Positions 19,315 through 29,980 of a stretch of 64,000 nucleotides of DNA are shown here, piece by piece. This DNA comes from Alphaproteobacteria bacterium (lineage in GTDB: Bacteria; Pseudomonadota; Alphaproteobacteria; 16-39-46; JAJRRM01). A model generated the notes under the pieces. The model made no database searches and had not been told where the DNA came from. It saw nothing but the letters and a program-made list of their open reading frames with translations. Numbering within the stretch: the stretch's first letter is position 1; the number at the start of each line of letters is the position of its first letter. Location: contig JAJRRM010000016.1 in NCBI GenBank assembly GCA_024279475.1, positions 627 to 64,626 of the forward strand, read 5' to 3'. Both the position numbers and the translations under genes were made by a program.

Positions 19315-20406
19315 ATGAAAACTATAGGTATTCTAACAAGCGGCGGTGACTGCGCTGGATTAAATGCTATCATTAGGTCTGTTGTTTACAGAGCTATTCG
19401 TGGTTATGGTTGGAAAGTTTTAGGCATAAAAAATGGGGGCCATGGATTAATGCAAGAAACCCCAGACTATATAAAATTGGATGAAACTCTCTGTGGCTAT
19501 GGTGACGTTCTTTTGCGTTTGGGCGGCACTATTTTAGGCACCACAAATAAAGGAGACCCATTTAATTTTCCTTTACCTAATGGTACATTTGGAGACTCTA
19601 CTAAAATATTTATTAAAAATTATAAGAATTTAGAGCTTGATGCTCTCATTTGCATTGGTGGAGATGGCAGCCTTAAGATTATGCGAAATTTAGCACAAAA
19701 AGGAAATCTAAACATCATAGGCATCCCTAAAACGATTGATAATGATATTGGATGTACAGAAAATTCTATAGGCTATCTTACAGCTGTGGATATAGCAACA
19801 CAGGCTCTAGATATGCTGCAACCCACAGCAGCTAGCCATGACCGCCTCATGATTCTGGAAGTTATGGGTAGAGATGCTGGACATATTTCCCTTAGTGCAG
19901 GGATTTCTGGTGGTGCTGATATAATCCTAATTCCTGAAATAGATTATGACATTCATGTTCTAGCTGAGAAAATACAAAAAACTCGTGAAAAGGGGCGTGG
20001 TTTTTCTCTAGCTATCGTAGCTGAATCTGTCAAAACAAAAGAAGGGGGTGCTAAAACTGTAGCAGACCCTGTTACTGGAAAAAAGCGTTTTGGAGGTATT
20101 GGTCAGTATATAGCAGATGAACTTCAATTGCTTACTGGCGCTGAATCACGTGTTACTACACTGGGTCATGTGCAACGCGGTGCTCAACCTAATTCACGAG
20201 ACCGCCTATTTGGTACTGTTTTTGGCACCTATGCTGTAGATTTGATAGCTCAAGGTAAATTTGACACCATGGTAGCCTGGCAAAACCGTTGCGTTCTTAG
20301 TGTTCCCCTAGAGGACGCCATCGCACAATACCAGTCAGTTAATCCTGAAGGCACCCTTATAAAAACAGCTCGGGCCCTTGGCATTTGCTTTGGAGATGTC
20401 CTTTAG
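19315..20406 (+). CDS. pfk: 6-phosphofructokinase (PFK-A family; phosphoryl donor uncertain)
   Basis: 363 aa with motifs LTSGGDCAGLNA, GGDGS, PKTIDND and MGRDAG. Confidence 0.9.
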   Translation: MKTIGILTSGGDCAGLNAIIRSVVYRAIRGYGWKVLGIKNGGHGLMQETPDYIKLDETLCGYGDVLLRLGGTILGTTNKGDPFNFPLPNGTFGDSTKIFIKNYKNLELDALICIGGDGSLKIMRNLAQKGNLNIIGIPKTIDNDIGCTENSIGYLTAVDIATQALDMLQPTAASHDRLMILEVMGRDAGHISLSAGISGGADIILIPEIDYDIHVLAEKIQKTREKGRGFSLAIVAESVKTKEGGAKTVADPVTGKKRFGGIGQYIADELQLLTGAESRVTTLGHVQRGAQPNSRDRLFGTVFGTYAVDLIAQGKFDTMVAWQNRCVLSVPLEDAIAQYQSVNPEGTLIKTARALGICFGDVL

Positions 20407-20675
20407 CATAAGGATCTGTAAAGCACATAGAGGACCCTTTCACATAAATTAAAGAACGCCTCTTTTTATACTTAGAAAGAGATGAATCGTAACTTAAAAA
20501 TCTAAAAATTAGTTTTTTTGATAAGGCCTTCTATATATTTAAGCAATATAGAGAGATTTTTATGTATTTTGAATACAGCGCAGGTATAAAGAGTCTGTTT
20601 TTTGTAGATTCTTGCTACTTTATTTAAGTTATAAGCAAGGGTCTTTATTAATTTTTACTCTAAATGTAATAATAA

Positions 20676-21215
20676 TTAAAAACTAGACCCTGGCTGTTGA
20701 AGGAAGGCCTTTTCTTCTAGCGTGCTTTTCCTATTCAATATTTTATTTCTATGAGGAAATCTACCAAACTTTTTAATAATATTAAGATGTTGAATAGCCT
20801 AGCCTACTGTCATTTTTTCCTCTAGATCTTTAAATAATTTTAAACCGTCTTCTTGATTCTCTAAAAGCTCGCTGTGCATAAATGGCATATAGAGAAACAT
20901 TCTTTGAGTATTTGTAAGCTCTTTATCCCAGCCTAAACCTATAGCTGTTCTAGCAATCTTTAGGGCCAAAATATCAGTTTCAAAAGACCCTTTATTGTTA
21001 CGAAACATATTTCGAGGAAATTGATCAAATAAAAGCACCAATACCAAAAGATTTTTGGGCGTTTCTTCCCAAGAATTTACTAGCCCATCTTTTACTGCTT
21101 TGTATGTATCTAAAAAAGCATCCTTAACCTGCTTATCAAAAACAGCATCTTTTTTAAACCACTTGAGTTTATTATCTTCACTAAACCAAAAGCATAAAAT
21201 TTTATTTGGAGGCAC
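20676..21215 (-). pseudogene. DUF924 family gene interrupted by a single in-frame TAG (20799-20801)
   Basis: The 138-aa ORF carries FDQFPRNMFR and YMPFMHSE (DUF924 core) and ends ...EEKMTVG*. Hand translation in the same frame after the TAG continues AIQHLNIIKKFGRFPHRNKILNRKSTLEEKAFLQQPGSSF*. That stretch is the conserved DUF924 C-terminus (FGRFPHRN), ending at the stop at 20676-20678. Confidence 0.75.
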
Positions 21216-21239
21216 AATTTTTATTTTTTTCTCTTTTTT

Positions 21240-22256
21240 TTATTTCTTCGACCGTGGATGAGCCTTTTTATATACTTCTTTCAATCGCCCAAAAGAAGAG
21301 TGAGCATATTTTTGCGTAGTAGATAATGAGCTATGCCCAAGCAATTCCTGAATAGAACGCAAATCTGTGTCATTTTCTAACAAATGTGTTGCAAATGTAT
21401 GGCGCAATACATGTGGCGTTGTTGAATCTGGCAGTTTTAATATCCGACGTAATTTTTCTACCATTCCTTGAGCTGTTCTTGGATTCAGTAGTTTTCCCCG
21501 AACACCCACAAAAATAGGTGCATTTTTTTCTGTTACATAAGGACTCTTTTGCCGATAGATATATAAAACGTCTATAACATACTGAATAATAGGAATAATG
21601 CGTTCCTTGTTACCTTTACCAACAATATGCAAAACCTGTTCCTGTTGTTTACCATCTGTTCCAAATATATCTTTCCAAGTTAAGCTAAGAGCTTCACTTA
21701 AACGCAATCCACACCCATAGAGTAGCACCAAAAGAGCCTTGTCTCGTGCCCCAATCCAAGGCTGTACTGCTTGCTTTTGAGCCTCTTTCAACAAATCTTC
21801 CACAATAGATATTTCTAGATATCGAGGTAATGTTTTTGAAAGTTTTGGCCCCTTTAGATGTTTCATAGCTTTATTTTGACCATGCCCTTCTTTATCTAAA
21901 AAAACATAAAAACCCCTTAAAGCTGACAGCGCTCTCACTATTGAGGGTTTGGCTCTCTCACCTTGAGCCAAAACCATAAGCCATGCCCTAAACGTTGTTA
22001 TAGGCAAATCAATCAGCAGCTTTAACTGCCAATCAATCTCTCCTAAATATTTTTTTAGAAATGAAAAAAAATTCATTAAATCATAATGATATGTTTCTAG
22101 CGTAGACATTGCCAAAGATTTTTCAATCTTTAGATATGTATAATATGCTTGCAAAACAGCTTGGAGATTTGGACCGAATTCTGACTTTACCTGCCCCATA
22201 AGAACAGCTAGTTTATCTACTTTCTCAGAAGAATTTTTTATTAACTCTTTTGGCAT
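21240..22256 (-). CDS. xerC: Tyrosine site-specific recombinase, XerC-like
   Basis: 338 aa with motifs GLRLSEAL, GKGNKERIIP, HVLRHTFATHLL and LLGHSSLSTTQKYAH (catalytic Tyr). The C-terminal tail VYKKAHPRSKK resembles XerC more than XerD. It is divergent from priA. Confidence 0.7.
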   Translation of the reverse strand: MPKELIKNSSEKVDKLAVLMGQVKSEFGPNLQAVLQAYYTYLKIEKSLAMSTLETYHYDLMNFFSFLKKYLGEIDWQLKLLIDLPITTFRAWLMVLAQGERAKPSIVRALSALRGFYVFLDKEGHGQNKAMKHLKGPKLSKTLPRYLEISIVEDLLKEAQKQAVQPWIGARDKALLVLLYGCGLRLSEALSLTWKDIFGTDGKQQEQVLHIVGKGNKERIIPIIQYVIDVLYIYRQKSPYVTEKNAPIFVGVRGKLLNPRTAQGMVEKLRRILKLPDSTTPHVLRHTFATHLLENDTDLRSIQELLGHSSLSTTQKYAHSSFGRLKEVYKKAHPRSKK

Positions 22257-22367
22257 CTAAAATAATTTATACCTCTATCTCGCTTTTTATTAATTAAAAA
22301 GAGTTGTTGAGATCAGCACTCATATTCTCTATCATAAAGAAAACAACTGTCCTACCCTACTGAGATT

Positions 22368-24413
22368 ATGCTAAAATTACAACCCAGCTCATTATCCTCT
22401 CCTAAAGAGAGCTCTCATCACATACAAGTAGCTATACCTATGGCTCTTAATATGACTTTTACCTATGAAAGCTCTGTTCCTCTGCAGCCTGGAACTTTTG
22501 TAGAAGTTCCTTTTCGCCGCACAACAACAATAGGAATTGTCTGGCATTCCAACCCTACTTCTTCTCTAAAGAATCCACCCTTTAAATTAAAGAATATTAC
22601 TCAAATATATAATATTCCTCCTCTATTTCCTTCCTTTATAAAATTTATAGACTGGGTTTCTGGTTATACATTAGCCCCCTTAGGAAATGTCTTAAAATTA
22701 TTTTTATGCGTTCATTTTACAGAAAAACACTTAATTCAAATTTTGCCAGAGGCACCAATCCCAAACATTCAAAATCTTATACTCTCTAAGCCTCAACAAA
22801 AAGCCTGGAGTTCTCTTAATAAACTTATTTCTCATAAAAAATTCCAGCCTATTTTATTGCAAGGGGTTACAGGATCTGGAAAGACAGAAGTTTATTTCAA
22901 AGCAATTGAAAATGTTCTAAAAAAAGAGAGAACATGCCTTATTCTACAACCAGAAATCAATTTAACCTTTGATTGGATTAATCGATTCAAACGTCATTTT
23001 GGCTTCGAGCCATCAATTTGGCATTCTAATCTCACCCCTAAAAAACGCCGTGACACTTGGCTACAAATTTTAAGGGGTGAAATAAAAGTAGTTGTAGGCA
23101 CTCGATCAGCTCTTTTCTTGCCTTTCCCAAGTTTAGATATGATCCTAGTTGATGAAGAGCATGATACCAGCTATAAACAGGAAGAACAAACTCTTTACCA
23201 TGCACGTGATATGGCTGTTGTTAGAGCTAAATATGAAAACTGTCCTATAATTTTGGTCTCTGCAACCCCCTCTTTAGAAACTCAAGTAAATGTAAAAAAA
23301 GAGCGCTATAAAGCTATCTATATCACCGAGCGGTATGGAAAAAGCAGCATGCCCGCTATCCATTTAATAGATATGCGTGAGGCTGCTTCTAATCTACGTA
23401 AGCTACAAAGAGAGCATAAACGTACTTTTTATCTCGCCTCTGCTACACAAGAAGAAATTAAAAAAAACCTAGAAAAAAAGCAACAAACACTTATCTTTCT
23501 AAACCGTCGTGGATATGCTCCCCTTACCCTGTGTCTTAGCTGTGGAAAACGCTTGGAATGTCCTAACTGTACTGCATGGCTTATTGAACATCGCGCAAAA
23601 TCTTCTCTATCTTGTCATCACTGTGGATATACACGTGTATATCCAAAAAAATGCCCTTCCTGCAAAGAAGATGATACCTTATCTCCCTTTGGGCCTGGAG
23701 TAGAACGATTAGAGGAAGAAATTTCTTTTTTATTCCCAAAAGCTCGTATAGCTTTAATGACAAGTGATACTTTATCTAATCAAAAAGATGCTATTCAAAA
23801 GTTCAAAAATATCCTTGATAGAAAAGTTGATATAATAATTGGCACGCAAGTAATGGCTAAAGGTCACACGTTTCCCCATTTAACACTTACTATCGTTACT
23901 GATGCTGATTTGGGGCTTAGCACCACAGACATGCGTGCTAGTGAAAAAACTTTTCAACTTCTTCAGCAAGTTGGTGGTAGAGCTGGCCGCGCAGATGAAC
24001 CTGGGCAAGTTATTTTACAAACATTTGATCCAAATCATCCTGTCATGAAAGCTCTTCAATCTTATGATGATGCTGCGTTCTATGCCTTAGAACAAGAAAA
24101 ACGAGAGCAAGCAAACCTACCTCCATTTGGTCATTTAGCAAGCATAATTATTTCCTCTTCAAAAGAAGAAGAAGCTCGTCAAACATGTCAACACCTTTTT
24201 TCATGCATTCCGCCACACAACAAAAATGTGCAAGTATTAGGGCCAGCACCAGCTTCTATGGCAAAGAGAAAACGTCAATATAGGTGGCGCTTTTTAATTC
24301 AAGCCCCAAAAGGTTTTTTTCTACAAAATTTTCTGCGCCGTTGGGTTTCAAAAATAAAACATCCTAGTAGCACAAAAATTTCTATAGATATTGACCCTCA
24401 AAGTTTTATGTGA
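22368..24413 (+). CDS. priA: Primosomal protein N' (replication restart helicase)
   Basis: 681 aa. It has Walker A GVTGSGKTEVY, the DEEH box LVDEEHD, and a Cys-rich Zn-binding insert CLSCGKRLECPNC...CHHCGY...CPSC. Confidence 0.9.
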   Translation: MLKLQPSSLSSPKESSHHIQVAIPMALNMTFTYESSVPLQPGTFVEVPFRRTTTIGIVWHSNPTSSLKNPPFKLKNITQIYNIPPLFPSFIKFIDWVSGYTLAPLGNVLKLFLCVHFTEKHLIQILPEAPIPNIQNLILSKPQQKAWSSLNKLISHKKFQPILLQGVTGSGKTEVYFKAIENVLKKERTCLILQPEINLTFDWINRFKRHFGFEPSIWHSNLTPKKRRDTWLQILRGEIKVVVGTRSALFLPFPSLDMILVDEEHDTSYKQEEQTLYHARDMAVVRAKYENCPIILVSATPSLETQVNVKKERYKAIYITERYGKSSMPAIHLIDMREAASNLRKLQREHKRTFYLASATQEEIKKNLEKKQQTLIFLNRRGYAPLTLCLSCGKRLECPNCTAWLIEHRAKSSLSCHHCGYTRVYPKKCPSCKEDDTLSPFGPGVERLEEEISFLFPKARIALMTSDTLSNQKDAIQKFKNILDRKVDIIIGTQVMAKGHTFPHLTLTIVTDADLGLSTTDMRASEKTFQLLQQVGGRAGRADEPGQVILQTFDPNHPVMKALQSYDDAAFYALEQEKREQANLPPFGHLASIIISSSKEEEARQTCQHLFSCIPPHNKNVQVLGPAPASMAKRKRQYRWRFLIQAPKGFFLQNFLRRWVSKIKHPSSTKISIDIDPQSFM

Positions 24414-24488
24414 CATACAAATATTATTATAAATCTTGGCATAAGCTCTTTTTAGCTGTATGCTATAAAAAATAACTGCCTATTATCT

Positions 24489-25397
24489 ATGCGCTTTATT
24501 ACACTTTTTTTTCTTACACTTCTTACCTTTTTCTTAACTTTAGATTCTGCTGACGCTCGCCAGAAAAGCTACATAAAAAAATCTAATCCTAAACGCATAA
24601 AATCACATATAGTCATAGATGCTTATACAGGTCGTATTCTCTTTGGGAAAAATATGAATGAACGCCTCTACCCCGCTTCCATGACAAAAATGATGACTAT
24701 CCTTCTAGCTTTTGAACATATTGAAAATAGAAAACTCAAATGGCATGATAGAGTTAGAATATCTAAAAATGCAGCTAAAAAAGAACCTTCAAACTTATAT
24801 ATAAAAATTGGAGAGTACATAACAGTCCGAGAAGCTATTTTGTCTTTGATAACAAAATCAGCTAACAATGTTGCTGTAGCCTTAGCGGAAAAAATGGCAG
24901 GTTCAGAAAAAAAATTTGCTAAATTAATGAATATTAAAGCTAGAGAGTTAAACATGGTTTCATCTGCCTTCTATAACCCCTCTGGTCTACCAAACAAACA
25001 CCAAAAAACAACAGCTTATGATATGGCAAAGCTTGCCCAAGCTCTTATTTTACACTATGGAAAATACTATAATCTCTTTTCAACACGTTTCTTTAAACAC
25101 CGTGGCACACGATATAATAACCATAATAAGCTTTTAGGAAAATTTTTCGGCCTAGATGGGCTTAAAACAGGATATACAAGGGCTGCAGGATTTAACCTTG
25201 CTGCCAGCGCTAAGCGCGGACATAACCGCCTTATCGTTATTGTTATGGGAGAAAGTAGTTCTACTCTACGCAATAAAAAAGTAGCAACGCTTTTAATAAA
25301 AGGGTTTAAGAAAATTGGCTACTATCTTACACACAAAGGACCTCTTAAAAAACGTCCTCCTAGAGTACATGAATATCTACTCTCCCTTAACCGGTAA
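24489..25397 (+). CDS. D-alanyl-D-alanine carboxypeptidase (peptidase S11, low-MW PBP)
   Basis: 302 aa with an N-terminal signal-like segment. Motifs are SxxK ASMTK, SxN SANN and KTG LKTGYT. Confidence 0.85.
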   Translation: MRFITLFFLTLLTFFLTLDSADARQKSYIKKSNPKRIKSHIVIDAYTGRILFGKNMNERLYPASMTKMMTILLAFEHIENRKLKWHDRVRISKNAAKKEPSNLYIKIGEYITVREAILSLITKSANNVAVALAEKMAGSEKKFAKLMNIKARELNMVSSAFYNPSGLPNKHQKTTAYDMAKLAQALILHYGKYYNLFSTRFFKHRGTRYNNHNKLLGKFFGLDGLKTGYTRAAGFNLAASAKRGHNRLIVIVMGESSSTLRNKKVATLLIKGFKKIGYYLTHKGPLKKRPPRVHEYLLSLNR

Positions 25398-25415
25398 TAG
25401 AACCCTATAGTCCCT

Positions 25416-27242
25416 TCAACTTAAGCTTTTCCGAGCAGCACGTTTACGCTCGTTTGGATCTAAATAGCGTTTTCTCAAACGAATATTTTTAGGTGTTACT
25501 TCTATAAGCTCATCATCTTGTATGTAGCACATAGCCTGCTCAAGGCTCATTAAACGTGGAGGTGTTAAGTCTATAGAATCATCTTTACCCGACGCTCTAA
25601 TGTTTGTAAGTTGTTTACCTTTTATAGGGTTCACTTCCAGATCATTCGGTCTCCTGTTCTCTCCTATAATCATTCCTTTATATAAAGCTGTTCCTGGCTT
25701 TATAAACATAAAACCTCTCTCTTCAATTTTCCAAAGTGCATATGCTACAGCTGCTCCAGCATCTGTTGATATTAAAACACCATTTCTACGACCTTCGATA
25801 CTACCTTTATATGGCTCGTACCCATGGAATATAGTGCTCATAACAGCTGTTCCTCGCGTTTGCGAAAGAAGTTCACTTTGATATCCTATTAAACCACGCG
25901 TTGGCACCAAGAAAGTAAGGCGTGTTTTTCCACCACCTGAGGGGCACATATCCATCATTTCACCCTTGCGCATACCCATTTGCTCAACCACAGCTCCTAC
26001 AAATTCACCATCCACATCTACTTGAAGTTCTTCTATAGGCTCCAGCTTCTCACCACTCTCACTTGTTTGATAAACAACTCGTGGGCGACTAATAGATAAC
26101 TCAAATCCTTCTCGTCGCATAGTTTCGACCAAAACCCCCAATTGGAGTTCTCCGCGTCCAGCTACTTCAAGTGCATTTTTATCTTCTGTCTCCTTTACTA
26201 TAATAGAAATATTACCCTCTGACTCTTGCATCAAGCGATCTCTAACCATACGGGAAGTTACTTTATCTCCTTCTAATCCCGCCATAGGAGAGTCGTTCAC
26301 AGAAAAAGTCATCATCAGTGTTGGTGGGTCAATAGGTAGAGCTTGCAAAGGCTGGTTGACTTCCATGTCACATAGAGTATTGGAAACCGTGGCATCTTTT
26401 AAACCTGCAATACTTATTATATCACCTGCTACTGCCTTTTTTACAGCTACTCTATTCACATTTTCAAAGGTAAGCAGCTTAGATGGTCTTCCTTGAAAAA
26501 GTTCTTCTCCACTAGTAGAAAGAACTTTAACAAGCATGTTTTCTTTTACTGTACCACTAGCTATGCGACCTGTTAGCATTCTACCTAAATACGGATCGCT
26601 ATGAATTAAAGAGACAATCATAGAAAATGAGGCTGTTGGATCAACTTTAGGCGCTGGCACATAGTCTAAAATTAACTTAAACAGAGGCTCTAAATTTTTC
26701 CGTTCTTCTAGCATGTTTTCTATAGCCCATCCTTCTTTAGCTGACGCAAAAAGCATGGGGAAATCAAGCTGTTCATCTGAAGCATCAAGCGCTGCAAACA
26801 AATCAAAAACCTCATTATGAGCTTCATTTGGACGACCGTCTAGACGGTCTGCCTTATTAACGATAACAATTGGTTTTAAACCTAATCTCAAGGCCTTAGT
26901 TAAAACAAATTTAGTTTGAGGCATTGGTCCTTCTGCAGCATCTACCAATAAAATAACCCCATCCACCATATCCAAAATACGTTCCACTTCTCCACCAAAA
27001 TCAGCATGCCCAGGCGTATCCACAATATTGATCTTTGTACCTTCCCACATCAAAGACGTACACTTAGCTGAAATTGTAATTCCACGTTCCTTTTCAAGTA
27101 CATTTGAATCCATTATTCTATCTACTATTTCTTGATGTGCTTCAAAAGCCCCACTTTGCTGTAAAAGCTTATCTACTAAGGTAGTTTTTCCATGATCAAC
27201 ATGAGCAATAATAGCAATATTTCGAATAGCCGCGGTAGTCAT
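25416..27242 (-). CDS. typA: Translational GTPase TypA/BipA
   Basis: 608 aa with motifs [26 protein letters not shown] and VNKADR. Confidence 0.95.
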   Translation of the reverse strand: MTTAAIRNIAIIAHVDHGKTTLVDKLLQQSGAFEAHQEIVDRIMDSNVLEKERGITISAKCTSLMWEGTKINIVDTPGHADFGGEVERILDMVDGVILLVDAAEGPMPQTKFVLTKALRLGLKPIVIVNKADRLDGRPNEAHNEVFDLFAALDASDEQLDFPMLFASAKEGWAIENMLEERKNLEPLFKLILDYVPAPKVDPTASFSMIVSLIHSDPYLGRMLTGRIASGTVKENMLVKVLSTSGEELFQGRPSKLLTFENVNRVAVKKAVAGDIISIAGLKDATVSNTLCDMEVNQPLQALPIDPPTLMMTFSVNDSPMAGLEGDKVTSRMVRDRLMQESEGNISIIVKETEDKNALEVAGRGELQLGVLVETMRREGFELSISRPRVVYQTSESGEKLEPIEELQVDVDGEFVGAVVEQMGMRKGEMMDMCPSGGGKTRLTFLVPTRGLIGYQSELLSQTRGTAVMSTIFHGYEPYKGSIEGRRNGVLISTDAGAAVAYALWKIEERGFMFIKPGTALYKGMIIGENRRPNDLEVNPIKGKQLTNIRASGKDDSIDLTPPRLMSLEQAMCYIQDDELIEVTPKNIRLRKRYLDPNERKRAARKSLS

Positions 27243-27687
27243 GATTTATTCCTAATTAATTTTGGGATTATATCCTATTGTATAAAAATTTTATTTTAAG
27301 CTTTTCTTGTATCATGAGTAGTGAATTAAAAACAACTAAAACATATTTTTTCAAAAAAAATTTAAAAAAATCTGCCTTAACAACATTAACTGTTCATAAT
27401 TTAGAGGTTTTATATTTTAAAGTTTTATTCACAGTTGATGGATAACGGTAAATAAGATGATTATATTTTCAATAAAACCTTTGAGATGTAACTAAAATAA
27501 TGAAACATCAAAAGAAACAACTTAATAATGTACTCATTAAAAATGATAGTCCCAATAATATCATACAAGGATTTAATAATTGGAAGTTTCTTTCTTAATG
27601 TTTCTTTACCACAGATAAATTTCTCGACTTGCCAAATACCTTTCATCCTATTAGGATCAGACAGTAAAAATTAAATGAGTTAATTAC

Positions 27688-28968
27688 ATGAAAAATATAT
27701 TCCTATCTTTAGTTACCCTAGCACTTTTATCCAGTACAGCTGCTGTTGCCAACGATGGATCTTTAAAAATAATGTGTGGTAGCGTGGGAAAAGAATTTTC
27801 TCTTTGTATGGCTGGTGTAAAAACATGTTCTCAAAAGCTTGGTTTCAATGCTGAGGCTGTCCCTGCTGTGAATGGTTCAAACAATAGATTTTCTCTTTAT
27901 TCTCAATTTTTTGCAGGAAAATCTCCAGACATCTCTATTTTTCAAATTGATGTAACTTGGCCTGCTTTACTAGAATCTCATTTAGTAGACCTTCGCCCGT
28001 ATGTGTCTGAAGCAGAGACCAAAGAATTTATACCCCTTTTGATAAACAATAATACTATAAATGAAAAAGTACTAGCTCTTCCTTGGTTTATTGATGTTGG
28101 TATCTTATATTATAGAAAAGATTTGCTTGAGAAATATAACAAACCTGTTCCTCAAACCTGGGAAGAACTTTTTGATACTGCTGCATATATTCAAAAAGCT
28201 GAAAGAGCTGCTGGCAACAAAAATATGTGGGGTTATGTTTTTCAAGGAAAAGCTTATGAAGGGCTTACCGTTAATGCTATGGAATGGCTAAAAAGCTTTG
28301 GAACAAATTTTTATGATGCAGATGGCAATGTTACAGTTAATAGCCTCAAAGCTAAAGAAGCTCTGAAACTCTTTACTTCAAATATTGGAAAAACAATTCC
28401 AATAGGTGTCCTAAACTATGCAGAAGAAGACTCTCGTGGCACTTTTCAATCTGGCAACGCTGTCTTCATGCGTAACTGGCCGTACTCTTATAATCTTGCT
28501 CAAGCTAAAAATAGCCAGATTAAAGGAAAAGTTGGTCTATCTCCTCTTCCAAAAGGTGGAAAAACTGGTAACTATGCTGGTGCCTTAGGCGGCTGGCAAT
28601 TAGCTGTTTCAAAATATGCCCCTGATAAAAAGAAAGCGGCAGCTATGGTTAAATGTCTAACTGGCTATACTGAACAAAAAAGACGTGCTATTGAAGGAGG
28701 TTATACACCAACAAGAAATGCTCTTCATGCAGATAAATCTATTGCAAGAAAAACAACTTACTTGAAATATTTTGGTAGCAATACTGATCATTTTGTGCAA
28801 CGCCCATCAAGAGTAACTGGGCGTAAATATAACCAAATATCAGCAGCTATCTGGAATGCTTTTCACAAAGCTCTTAGTCAAGGAAGCAAAGCTAACACCA
28901 GTAACGCTCTAGATACTTTGGCTAAAAAAATGAAAAACTTAACGCCTAAAAAACAAGTTCGTAAATAA
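27688..28968 (+). CDS. aglE: Sugar ABC transporter periplasmic substrate-binding protein (alpha-glucoside type)
   Basis: 426 aa with signal peptide MKNIFLSLVTLALLSSTAAVAND. It is the first gene of an SBP-permease-permease-GH13-ATPase operon. That order matches Sinorhizobium aglEFGAK as I recall it; the symbol is assigned by synteny only. Confidence 0.75.
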   Translation: MKNIFLSLVTLALLSSTAAVANDGSLKIMCGSVGKEFSLCMAGVKTCSQKLGFNAEAVPAVNGSNNRFSLYSQFFAGKSPDISIFQIDVTWPALLESHLVDLRPYVSEAETKEFIPLLINNNTINEKVLALPWFIDVGILYYRKDLLEKYNKPVPQTWEELFDTAAYIQKAERAAGNKNMWGYVFQGKAYEGLTVNAMEWLKSFGTNFYDADGNVTVNSLKAKEALKLFTSNIGKTIPIGVLNYAEEDSRGTFQSGNAVFMRNWPYSYNLAQAKNSQIKGKVGLSPLPKGGKTGNYAGALGGWQLAVSKYAPDKKKAAAMVKCLTGYTEQKRRAIEGGYTPTRNALHADKSIARKTTYLKYFGSNTDHFVQRPSRVTGRKYNQISAAIWNAFHKALSQGSKANTSNALDTLAKKMKNLTPKKQVRK

Positions 28969-29005
28969 ACTTTACTTTGAAAAAGCAGCATATTAAGAAT
29001 ACTAT

Positions 29006-29977
29006 ATGACTATGCATACAACCGTATCATCTAATTTTGAAGAAGATTTGCCTTCAAAAAGTATACCTAAAGTTCGGCGTACCTGTCCTCCTAAAACAAA
29101 TTTTTTAGCTCAAAAATCTTACCATGCCTGGCTATTCTTAGCACCTGTCATTCTTGTCTTATTATGTGTTGCAGCATGGCCCCTTTTTAGAACTATTAGC
29201 CTAAGTTTTACAGATGCTGACCTAAATGATCTTGCTAGTGCAGGGCTTATTGGCTTTGAAAACTACGCTTTCATCCTTAGTGATTCAGAGTGGCAACAGT
29301 CTCTAAGAAATACAATTCTTTTTGCTCTCATTTCTGTAAGCCTAGAAACAATTTTCGGCCTCTGTGTTGCCTTACTTCTAAATAAAGAATTTAGAGGGAG
29401 GTTTATAGTAAGAACTGCCGTGCTTGTCCCCTGGGCTATTCCTACTGTTGTGTCTGCTAAAATGTGGGGCTGGATGCTACATGATATCTATGGTGTAATG
29501 AATGTTATTTTTTTGAACTTGCATATTATTAGCACCCCTCTAGCTTGGACAGCAGATAGTAGCCTAGCTTTTTTCTCCGTTGTAATGGTGGATGTTTGGA
29601 AAACAACCCCCTTTATGGCTCTCCTTCTTTTAGCTGGCTTACAAATGTTGCCCAAAGAATGCTATGAAGCTTCAAAAGTAGATGGTATTCATCCTCTTAA
29701 GCTTTTTACTAAAGTAACTCTCCCCTTGCTCATGCCAGCTCTAATTGTTGCTGTTATTTTTCGAACACTAGATGCTTTACGTATCTTTGACTTAATTTAT
29801 GTGCTTACAAGTGGTAGTGCAGAGACAATGTCTATGTCTGTCTATGCTCGTCAACAATTATTTGACTTCCAAAATGTTGGGGTAGGATCTGCCGCTTCCA
29901 CTATTCTTTTTATTATCATTGCCTTTATTTCCATAATTTATCTATATGCTGGCAAAAAAATTCAACAGGATGCATAA
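29006..29977 (+). CDS. aglF: Sugar ABC transporter permease (MalF-like)
   Basis: 323 aa and polytopic, with EAA loop EASKVDGIHPLKLFTKVTLP. Confidence 0.8.
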   Translation: MTMHTTVSSNFEEDLPSKSIPKVRRTCPPKTNFLAQKSYHAWLFLAPVILVLLCVAAWPLFRTISLSFTDADLNDLASAGLIGFENYAFILSDSEWQQSLRNTILFALISVSLETIFGLCVALLLNKEFRGRFIVRTAVLVPWAIPTVVSAKMWGWMLHDIYGVMNVIFLNLHIISTPLAWTADSSLAFFSVVMVDVWKTTPFMALLLLAGLQMLPKECYEASKVDGIHPLKLFTKVTLPLLMPALIVAVIFRTLDALRIFDLIYVLTSGSAETMSMSVYARQQLFDFQNVGVGSAASTILFIIIAFISIIYLYAGKKIQQDA

Positions 29978-29980
29978 AAA

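Noticed and set aside
21240-22256. The tyrosine recombinase as a phage or ICE integrase marking a mobile element
   Set aside because: The full set of Xer-type motifs, the XerC-like C-terminal tail and the housekeeping neighbours (priA, DUF924) fit chromosomal dimer resolution. No phage genes lie nearby.
27461-27646. 61-aa minus-strand ORF in the typA/aglE divergent spacer, considered as a small regulator or LacI remnant
   Set aside because: It has no HTH or LacI-like motif and no SD. Its composition is low-complexity and hydrophobic, typical of AT-rich noncoding DNA.
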